Shown here one piece after another: positions 54,512-64,000 of a stretch of DNA of 64,000 nt. The notes under the pieces are model-generated. The model made no database searches. It saw only the letters and a program-made list of their open reading frames with translations, and was not told the origin of the DNA. Each line of letters starts with the position of its first letter. The first letter of the stretch is position 1. Source of the DNA: Perna viridis (taxonomy: Eukaryota); assembly GCA_037379345.1 (NCBI GenBank), contig CM074517.1, positions 36,084,001-36,148,000 of the forward strand, given 5' to 3'. Made by a program: the position numbers and the translations under genes.

Positions 54512-54806
54512 GTGAAGAAAAGAAACTTGTCAAATTTACTATAAGAAAAAGCTACAATTTCAATAGTTTTTTAAGAAAAAAAACCCCTCATAATTCTAGT
54601 AATAGCGGTGCACATTGTGTATTTTCTTCGATTTAAACAATGACATCGTGCTTAAATAAATCATTTTATATAAATTCAAAACCATTTTTAAATGCGATAT
54701 TATTATATGGCTTGAACACACCATCTAAGATTTGTATGCAGCCTCGATTGTTTCTGTTTTGAACATACCTTATTTTAGACTTGATTTGTTAATACTTTTA
54801 TTTCAG

Positions 54807-54914
54807 TCAATCAGTATGAGAGGCTGGAGATTGATTAAGAACATCAATGGTGTAGACAAATGTAAATTTAACTTTGCTGATGACTACACGATCGGAGCCC
54901 AAAGGGAAGTAACT
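54807..54914 (+). CDS. IF exon 9B (LTD cassette B, 108 nt)
   Basis: tttcag|SISMRGWRLIKNINGVDKCKFNFADDYTIGAQREVT|gtaagt. Confidence 0.88.
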
Positions 54915-55192
54915 GTAAGTAAATAAAAAAAATAAACTAGTATTTGTGACATTTTAGGTTCTAGACAATTAAATTCATTTACACGTGGTTATTGAATCAT
55001 ATTACCTATTAATTTATTCATAGCGTTTTTTTTATTTGATTAGAAATTTTTTTTTACATTTAAATTAATCCTTTGTCATGATACTTTTAAAGAATGCAAA
55101 TAATTAACTGATACTGAGCATTTTTGTTTCAAACATGGACTGTCCAAAACTAACATGGATATAATAATCCCTAATTCCAACTACGTTTTCAG

Positions 55193-55300
55193 ATTTGTGG
55201 CAAAGTAATGGCTGACGAATTGGAATATGGAGAATTGCTGGGAGACTTCAACACATGGGGAACCCATGGAAAATTCATCTTGTTTGATGACAAGAATGTT
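55193..55300 (+). CDS. IF exon 10B (LTD cassette B, 108 nt)
   Basis: ttttcag|ICGKVMADELEYGELLGDFNTWGTHGKFILFDDKNV|gtaagt; same length as 10A. Confidence 0.88.
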
Positions 55301-55760
55301 GTAAGTGGAATTGATTCTTTTTTTTCCTTTTTGATGATTTCCTTTGATTTGTTGAAACATTTAGTTCACAAATGTAAATAATTCATTTTTTTTCAATATT
55401 AAGCAACTTCACTCTTTTCAGTAAATTATACTGCGACATAATCCCTACTTTCTCCTACTATCTAGCATCCCGACTGGTATTTGATATATACTAGTCGGCT
55501 TCGATATTTTATGGTGAAAGCAAGCCCATGCGATCCAATATTCAAACATTTTGCTCAAAGACGTCACAAAGAAAAAAGTCTGGAGAAGTATCTTCTTGTA
55601 TTTCTTCAAACTTTCAGCAACAAAACTTTCAAAAACTTAAACTTACGATATTCATTACAATGCTACTAATGGCAATGAAAAAAAATGGTTCATTTAATTG
55701 AATTTTTGAATCATGTATTTTCTTTGTTTCTAACAATTTGATATATGTTTGTCTTTATAG

Positions 55761-55793
55761 GAGAAAGCATCAATGGACGTACAGGTTCTTTAA
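55761..55793 (+). CDS. IF terminal exon 11B
   Basis: tttatag|EKASMDVQVL-TAA. Confidence 0.82.
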   Translation, partial: EKASMDVQVL

Positions 55794-55887
55794 ATATACT
55801 CTTAATCGAGTAGCAAATACAAAGACAATTCGGAGCAATAACATTCCATGACAGCAACCTGAACTGTGTCACAAAGACATTTCATGC

Positions 55888-55893
55888 AATAAA
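55888..55893 (+). terminator. Candidate poly(A) signal for IF isoform B
   Basis: First AATAAA after the 11B stop. Confidence 0.4.
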
Positions 55894-58800
55894 TATAACT
55901 GCTTTTACACTGCTTTTTACTTAGAAGACAAACCGCGATTGTCTTTTATAAATTGTGCTTAACAAGATTTAAAGTTTATCTTAATAGCTTGTTTCATTTT
56001 CTTAACAGAAATTTTATTTGTTATAGCTTTATCCATTCACTGAACGCCACAAAAAGTCGATTTTGGTCAAGAATTAGATGGGGTAATTTACAACTCTGTA
56101 CGAGCTTTGTGATATATTTAGTATAAAACAAATCGTTGGGTGAATGGGTAATCTTATATTTACCAGACTTGAAATCCAGAAAGTGTGTTTTGTGTTGAAT
56201 ATTCGTCTGTACTGTCAAATATTTGAAATCTTATGATAAAGCAAATATTATATTTTTAAGAGAAATATAGATTTTTTTCAGATGTATTTTACAAATTTTC
56301 ATGTTAACATTAAATAAATAGTTAAAGTAGACTACAATTTTCTTTCTATTTGCCGTCACAAATATGCTTGGTTTTTTTCGAGACATGGCGTTCATATCTT
56401 GAAAGGCATCGGGAGAAATATTGTCTATTTTTAAAAGAAACAAGTCAGTAGATACAAAATTAAAACATACTACGACCACTTTTTCCTATAATAGTATTTC
56501 AGGTATTATTACACTAGAAAGTGCATTTCACATTAAGAAAAAATACTTGGGTAAAACCCGTAGTTAACTTGGTCAAGAACAACATTTAAAAACACTAATA
56601 TCATCTATGTCGACCTTTCACAAAGTAAAACTGGACGACAAAGACATACAATGTGTTTATCAAAGATTGCAACTGATAAAATCCAAATATTATAAAGCAG
56701 AGCGAGTTTTGAAAGAAACCCAACAAAAACATCACCAGATATATGTTTGAAGTTTGAACAAAATAGCTTTGGTTACAATAGAAAATAATAATAAGAAAAA
56801 AATGCAAACCACAATAAAATATTGATTTGACATAAAACTCAAAAACACCTTGACAATAAATACCATTAACACGAACTACTCCATTGCATCTAAGATCATG
56901 ATATAATTATTGACATTATATCAGCCGCAATGGACACTATCGGAAAAAAACTCTTATCTATTGTATATATATGTTTATTACCAAAGTCATATACAACTAT
57001 AGGTACAATAGCAGAAGGTTATGTTGACATAAATAAAGAGCTTCTTACATCACAATAAATCAGATCTTAGCTTCATAGCTCTGAATATAAATTTACCAAG
57101 ATTACACAGATCTTTGATATTATTTGAACTTAATAGTTGTATAAATTTATACATAGATGGACGTTTCCAATAATAAGGTTTAATGAGACATTTTCTAAAA
57201 CCATGATATACAGAACATTTAAGAATAAAATTGCTTTTACTACAAGTTCAACATAGAGTCTCTGTGTTTATGATCATTTTAGGTTTTTCACCAACGCTGT
57301 GTCAAGCTTGGATAATTACATTTTTGTAAACAAAGATAGAAACTATTTTCCAATCAATAATGACAGGACAGATTAATGAAATATCATTCTTATCCCTACC
57401 CTCACAAATTCAAAATGCTAAGTTTATGTTGTGTAATTACCTGTGTAGGTGTACAGCATTCATTAATAAAACAGCTTCCAAAAATGTCCAACGGGGTTCT
57501 CAGAAATAAGGAACCAGTGTATAGGTAAACTGGAAAATGCTTTGAGCTGCATTTTCCTGCTGGTATTTGCGCCATAAAAATACATCATGTAAGCTTAAGC
57601 TGCATTTTTTCAAATTTGTATTTGTTTCCATTTACAGTTCTATAGAAAGGGATATTATTCTTGATATCGGAATCGTAAACTTCCAAACGCTTCTGCCTTG
57701 TTATAGTTCACGAAAATTGTGGTATTCCTATCAAATTTTAGTCGTACCGAACTCTATATGACAGTTATCTAAAAGGTCCGTCTAAAACATGAAATTATAC
57801 TCGTTGTAGTGCCAAGTACAGGAAGTCTTTACCTCTTTCAACATGTTCAACGTATTTCCCATCTGCATAAAGCCACATATACCAAATTTGAAATAATCAC
57901 ATCGATTGGGAGTCGAGATGATTGCGACGAAATGGACAAGGTGATTCCAAAATACCACCCACTTGAGGGCATTATGTCTTATGAAGAAAACAATTGAGAT
58001 TTAATGTATCCAGAAATAGTGTCGAAGTAGAACATGCATTTGTGACAAAGCTGGTATTCCCGATCTAAAAACATACAATGGGAATTATTTACTTTGTTGA
58101 TTTCTACCAATCCATGTAAAATTTAGACACTGTTAATGGTCTGATAAAGGTGATTCATGGTGCAGAAAAAAAGACCATTTGAACAAAAGATCAAACAATG
58201 CTTATTCGATCTACACACGTCATATACGATTCTGTATTTAGAGATAGCCATGCATTCATCTCCAACTCGAGCATAGTACTAATTCCATACACATAATGTA
58301 CGTGTATATATTATTTTTTTTATCTTAGTAAAACAAATTTCGAGCTAAGACTAGTTATGTGGTCAATAACTGTTCCTGAATTTATTAAAGTGATGTTAGC
58401 ACTATTGTGAACAAACTTTCTAAGTATACATGATGTAAAATCAAACTGTAACCATACATGCGTGTTTTCCATATCATTTTAATTGAACTGTTTTCTTTAT
58501 GTAGAAACTGAATGTCATCTTTACTACAGATTTCTCAAGTATTAATACTTGACACTTTACTGCAAGAACTAAATCCCCTGAATGAATTTTATTTCCGAAT
58601 ATCTTCCAAGTCCAAAAAGGAGTCCCTCAAATCTTGTTGATTTGAAGATTTTTGAGCTGAATAATTGCCAGAAACACATTTGCTGGTTATAAAAGAGGTA
58701 TTGAATGATATTAAATGTATTACATTTGGATTTTATTTTCTTGTAGAGTTCAGAAAAAGTAAGGAAGTTCCAGTGACATAGGGTATTTTGATCCTGGAGA

Positions 58801-60444
58801 ATCAAAATCCCCAAGTGAATTATGTGGGTTTTGATATGCATGTACTTACCTCCAGTCTGACTTTCATAAAGAATGCTACTTTGAATTTATAATTTATTAG
58901 AACTAATTACAAGATCCATGGTTGGTGTCTTCCTTGAATGCCAACAAAAATATTTCAATAGATGTTTATATTATTAGGTGTTTTTATAACAATTAAAATG
59001 TTTTGTAAGTATTTAACTGTTGAGATTAATATACCTTTTTATATGGAAAACAGCAGATTTTTAAAAATATGTAAGAATATAATAAAATTGAATTATTAAA
59101 ATTTGTAAAAATGTAATAAAATTAACATTTTTTAAACTTTTATTTAAGAAATGTATATATTATATACAGAGATATTAAAGAAATTTAACATTACTCCGAA
59201 CTCTGAACTTATTTCATTCTAACATTTTAACTAATTAATATGAATACATTTTTATTTTCTACATTTTCTGCCTCATGTGATATCAATTTATAGTAATGAA
59301 GAGTATAGTCCTAAAACCACTTACAGCAAAAACAGATTTTCTACATTGTGTTGCAATTACAAATATTTTATTAAATTGAACAAAAACTTCATACTTAGTA
59401 ACTATTCCAGTACTAGTATTCCTACATAACTTGAATGATCGATTGAAATATCTTCAAGTTATTGGACTACAAAAATAATTCAAAAGCCTACTGTGCTACA
59501 CATGTACATGTATGATTTTGTGAAAAAATGCTGAGTAGAAACAGCAAGAAAAAAACAAAAAAAAAACAGATTTTAACAACTGGAATAACTATCTGAAATA
59601 TGAACTGAAATAAGTCACCTGTAATTTACCTATCTGTTAATTAGTAATAATGTTTTGATAAGCATGCACCTTTGTTGTGATAACCACTGACACCTATTCC
59701 TTGTACACCAACAAAATTTTACAGGTAAATTGCCAGTAGATCAAAAGATGTTGGCATACGAGGAATAAACCCCATGGTCAATCAGATTTAATTTTAAACC
59801 CCATCCTATAATCTCATCACAGGAAAACTTTGTAGCTTTAAAACAAGCATAATCTGCACTAGTCAAACAATTTAGTCAAAGTGAATACCCAAAGAATCTT
59901 GTATCTACTACTGAATTCCAGGATAAAAAAAATCATTTACTAATGTAAATTAGGGGTGAAAATGTATTTCATTGTGATATCAATTCTGATTGTAAGGCTG
60001 CTATAACAAAATGTTTTAAATTTCTTTTTCAACATTAAACATTACTGTTATTAATCTATATTTCATCATTTGTGGCAAAACTAAAAAATGCATGATTACC
60101 CACCCCCTACCCCCCCCACCAAAAAAAAAAAAAAAAAAAAGAAATACCCCAAATCACCTTTAAATTTGGTATTTTAGTTAGATTTTAAAAATGAAAATTT
60201 TCTTATGACACAAAGTAAAACAGTGTAAAAATGTGACGGCAACAGTCAAATAATTTCAAGCAGAAATCTGTATGGTGATTAACCTCATATATAGTTTCAT
60301 CAAAACCAATTTAATAATTTAGAAGTACCAGTAGTTGTAGATATTAGGTATTATACAAGGAATTATGGACAAACAGAATGATTCATATACCATCTACTTA
60401 ATCAAAAGGATGATAATTAAAAAGATGAACATTTTATACTGAAA

Positions 60445-60450
60445 TTTATT
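60445..60450 (-). terminator. Candidate poly(A) signal for KANSL2
   Basis: AATAAA on the minus strand about 37 nt after the TGA. Confidence 0.4.
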
Positions 60451-60486
60451 AAGCACTATATAAAACAACTACTACACATTAAGATG

Positions 60487-61032
60487 TCAGGGAACACCAT
60501 TTTCCATAGACTGGTCAATTGGTTCCTCTTTATCACCACTTTCACTACTATTCATTTGACCACCACCGTTCTGTTCACCATCTCCATTTGTAGGTTTGTC
60601 ATTATTTTGCTTTGTGTCTGAGATCATTTCTTTTTTGTCCTGAGTGTTTGTATTGCATGTATCTTCAGTTTCCATTCCTGAAGACTTCTGAGTAATTTGT
60701 GCAAAACTTTCTGCAGCATTGTTAATTGGTGGTGTGAATTGAGAATTTCCAGAATCTGATGGTAATTTTGTAGGTGCACATGATCCAGTTGGGTCCATTG
60801 TGTCCTGGTTATTTACAGTTTGGATGTTATTTGCTACCACAGAATCACTGTTTACAGTAGAATGTTTCTTTTCACTTTGTTCATGGTCTGACCCAGAGAA
60901 AATCATATCAGGAAATTCTGGATTTTGACCTAATATATGTGTACCTAATAGCATATCTTGGGGATTTAGCTCCAAGTCTGGTAAGAGATTTTCTAAAGCT
61001 TCTTTGGTCAGAACAAGAGTTTCTTCTTTCTC
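60487..61032 (-). CDS. KANSL2: KANSL2 terminal coding exon (low-complexity acidic/polar C-terminus)
   Basis: atttcag|EKEETLVLTKEALENLLPDLELNPQDML...SMENGVP-TGA; 182 codons including the stop; phase 0 matches the donor at 62280. Assigned by linkage rather than motif. Confidence 0.75.
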   Translation of the reverse strand, partial: EKEETLVLTKEALENLLPDLELNPQDMLLGTHILGQNPEFPDMIFSGSDHEQSEKKHSTVNSDSVVANNIQTVNNQDTMDPTGSCAPTKLPSDSGNSQFTPPINNAAESFAQITQKSSGMETEDTCNTNTQDKKEMISDTKQNNDKPTNGDGEQNGGGQMNSSESGDKEEPIDQSMENGVP

Positions 61033-61195
61033 CTGAAATTGAAATCATAAATCAATCGGGCACTGCCACAATGTCAGAAATGATTCAAACAGCAGAAAAA
61101 AATCCCAACTCAACTACAGTCCTTTCTGCATCTATGATTTTATGTCAGGAAAATATAACAAAAAAATCCACCCTAAAAAGAATCCAGTCAGATTA

Positions 61196-61402
61196 CAGTG
61201 AAAGTACTATTACTCATTAGGTACCAATTTTCCTGCGTTTTGTGGGTAGTCCAAACAACAAAATCTGGTTCCCATTGAAAAGGAGATTACCATTGATGTG
61301 TATACTGAAAACCTCAAAACCAAGGAATTCAAGAATACACAAACTTGTGTTTCTTTCCTTATCCATAAAAATTGGTATCCACGAATAAAAGTACTTTCAC
61401 AG
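61196..61402. mobile_element. MITE with ~35-bp TIRs in the last KANSL2 intron
   Basis: CAGTGAAAGTACTATTACTCATTAGGTACCAATTTT vs the reverse complement of the right end, CTGTGAAAGTACTTTTATTCGTGGATACCAATTTT. Confidence 0.75.
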
Positions 61403-62280
61403 AATATAACTGACAAAATATCTTCAGTGGGATAATGTGCAGAATAAGGCAGACAACTCTAAAACAACTGACAGGAAGAAATTTTGCCTAAACTACAACA
61501 AAATGACAAAAAAAGGTTTTTCTTGTACCAAAAAAAAATATTGAACAAGTACATTTCAAGCATAAATTGAATTAAATTAAGCCAATTTAATTCAAAACAA
61601 GTGGAGAGAAAATTATTAAAGTAATAATTTTTTTTATTAAGCATAAAATTGCATAGAAAATTTGAGTAAAATTCTGAAGTTCACAATATTTTGATTTTGG
61701 CAGACCTTTTTCTTTGGGCACGTAGGAAAAATACTGTACCAGCAATGAAGATTCAATTATCTTCTATTGTAAAAATAATTTAAATTCAAACTTAGTTTTG
61801 TATATAAACAAATAGCAGACAATTCTTGACAACAGTGACCACATCATTTCCTGCTTCCATAAACCCAATACAATTTTGGATCAGGTTTTTATTTTTAGGA
61901 TTTCCTAACATACCAGAAAATCTCAGCAAATTAATTTGGTTAATCACTGATTTGAAGACGGTTTCAAGGAGATATTCCATTGCACAAGACTGAAGCTGTA
62001 TTTGCAGTTATCAGCTACTTTATCGTTTTCCTATTGTTGTTACTGCCTGATCATTTCTATTTCAGGCTACTGCTGTGGTACAGATAAATATTAGCAATTT
62101 ACAATGACAACATTATGTCTAATCAAATGTGATGTTGCCAATAAACAAAATTGTGTCTGTTTTGAATGTCTCGTCAAAACAACTCACCCTTAATGGGCCA
62201 CTGTAGTATTTCCTGTCTCATCTTCAAAACTGCCATTATTTTGTATATCTGAAAATTAGGAATACTTAAAAAATACTTAC

Positions 62281-62435
62281 ACCCTCAACAAGATGTACCC
62301 TAGGTTCTATGTCATTGAGAGGAGTATGACGATGACAGTAGGCATCTTCTTCCCATGATGCAACTGGACAGGTACAGGAAGCATCACCAAAGGTACACCG
62401 TCTGAACAAGGCTTGATGGGTATCATTCATTATAT
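62281..62435 (-). CDS. KANSL2: KANSL2 exon (second half of C-terminal C3H/C3H zinc-binding region)
   Basis: (H)IMNDTHQALFRRCTFGDASCTCPVASWEEDAYCHRHTPL...VEG|gtaagt; matches the HI..D..Q.LF..C...C..PV......C..H pattern of KANSL2. Confidence 0.88.
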
Positions 62436-63742
62436 CTTAAATAAGTTAAGGTCAACAGTAATACATGTATAACACTTCTATCTATAAGGGTTAATCTTAT
62501 CCGAATGTGATTAATTTTTGCAAATTCATATATTCCACCATATATTAAACTTTCATCTTCATCAATCATTTATACAAAAGATTATCATTCATGTTACACA
62601 TGCTGACCATGTGTGTTGAATTACAATGAATTTAATTCAGTTGACATACATGTAATATTATTAGTGAACAATTATCATTGACAATGAAGAAAATCATGGG
62701 CAATTCAGAAGAACATTCTGAGGAAATCTATGGCTTTTTTTCAAAACTTGGGTCGATAAATTTTCATTACTTTGCATAATTCTTTCACCTTAATAACTTG
62801 ATTTTTAAAACTGCAGAGATTTGTTTATTTGGTAAACATGCAGGTAAGATAAAAGCAGATTACCAAAACAAAACAACAAAACACAACAGCACCATATCAA
62901 ATCCACAAAAACAAATAAATTGTCAGGATAGTTGTTCATGTCATCAATCCAGTGAAACTTTTAAAATTTCTGGAGTTATCTCCCTTTTTAGGTTCTTCTT
63001 TTAGAAAAAGAAACTGTTTCATTAATGACACTTTTACATTTAATCAAGAAACAGACATCTTGTTTTAGTTTTTACTTTTAATTTGTAAATGGCTTATCTT
63101 GAAAAGGGTAATAGTCAGACATTACAAAGAATTATGTTGAAAAGGTTCAGACCTCTAGAATTTTGATATACTAAAGAATGTCATAACTCTTAGACGAAAT
63201 AAGAAGCAAAAAACAGGTGTTGTCCAATGACCAATTGTCTACTACTACAACTGTATCAATAGTCAGCAACATAAAAATTACAATAAAATTCCTTCAATAA
63301 TGACGTATTCAAGCATCTCATTGACTTGATCGGTAGGTCATTCCTGGTCATTCCCTGTATGTGTACAGGTATTAAAAACTCTTATATAATAGAACTCTGT
63401 CCATGTTAAACCATTAGGAATTTAGGACCTTCCCGCAGAAAATAAGAGATTTCCATGGCAAACAGTTTCTACATATTTTTGTATTCACATTCTTGCCAAA
63501 GTTGAACCTTCAAAGCTTGAAACAATCAAAATTTAGTTTTATCATTCACTAACTGACAAAAAAAAAAGAATGTAAGTATAAAATATTTGACAGCATGTCT
63601 ATTTTTCTTCACATCTTTCTTAAGTGAGTTATCTCTACTTCATACATCTACTGCTTACATGTATCTTGGTTCCCTTGATTACTCTTTATTAAAATAAAGA
63701 TGAAACTTAGCAAAAATGCTTGTAGTGTTTGATAAAGGATAC
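62436..63742 (-). other. U12-type (minor spliceosome) GT-AG intron of KANSL2
   Basis: 5' site GTATCCTTT (63742-63734); branch CCTTAAC (62451-62445) just upstream of the AG; no polypyrimidine tract. Confidence 0.9.
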
Positions 63743-63988
63743 GTTTTATGCAGTATTTTGATAACGGCAATGCTCTTTCTGTACATTTACTGTTTCCTTC
63801 AACATTGACACATCTAGGATACGATGGGGGTCTATAATTGGCACCTTCTGAAACAGCTATCCTTCTCTGCTTAGACTGTCGATGTAATAATGCTTCTTTG
63901 CCATATCTTCTGTGGTATCGTTTAATGTATTTCAGCTTCTCATACTTGGTTCTTGTCTCTGGATTAACTTTGTAATCTTTGATGGCCC
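63743..63988 (-). CDS. KANSL2: KANSL2 (KAT8 regulatory NSL complex subunit 2) internal exon; gene continues beyond the window
   Basis: KLKYIKRYHRRYGKEALLHRQSKQRR...RCVNVEGNSKCTERALPLSKYCIK closely resembles the RY..RYG.EALLHRQ.K.RR and C..C...LP...C..H region of KANSL2; acceptor ttgacag| at 63989. Confidence 0.9.
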
Positions 63989-64000
63989 CTGTCAAGGACA

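Noticed and set aside
34671-55793. Interpretation of the IF gene as a nuclear lamin
   Set aside because: No basic NLS between rod and LTD and no CaaX at any C-terminus (QKSS, TANP, VQVL), which fits a cytoplasmic IF.
57441-58867. Minus-strand splice-like signals (MKVRLE|GTAAGT at 58867-58850 and an 89-nt exon-like segment 57529-57441)
   Set aside because: The joined frame stops after nine more codons and has no homology; could be chance or a non-coding transcript, which sequence alone cannot support.
62249-62280. 32-nt intron between the KANSL2 donor at 62280 and the acceptor at 62249
   Set aside because: Too short for typical metazoan splicing and it would shift the frame of the last exon.
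63743-63995. ORF-track start (TTG at 63995) and extension past 63743 for the 115-aa ORF
   Set aside because: The segment is an internal exon bounded by an acceptor at 63989 and the U12 donor at 63742; the flanks are intronic.

Overview
AT-rich, repeat-rich eukaryotic genomic DNA with spliceosomal introns. The repeat families and gene types suggest a bivalve mollusc, possibly Mytilus-like (inference). The first ~34 kb has no recognisable host gene, only MITEs, Helentron-associated (HINE/DINE-1-like) elements, a Penelope-like retroelement fragment and minisatellites. A + strand invertebrate cytoplasmic intermediate filament (IF) gene spans 34671-55793. It has seven shared exons (head, rod with the long lamin-type coil 1b, start of tail) followed by TWO complete, paralogous four-exon lamin-tail-domain (LTD) cassettes in tandem (49772-52563 and 54396-55793). 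The cassettes are about 35% identical in protein, have identical intron phases, and each has its own stop and poly(A) signal. A stop codon inside the exon-7 donor gives a third, tailless form. One rod can therefore be joined to no LTD (471 aa), LTD-A (595 aa) or LTD-B (591 aa), and (T)GCATG Rbfox-type motif clusters lie upstream of both cassettes. This alternative-tail module is the most notable system in the window. The 3' part of KANSL2 lies convergently on the - strand (60487-63988) and contains a U12-type minor intron. All exon models were read by hand from splice signals, frame and protein motifs; no expression or database evidence was available.
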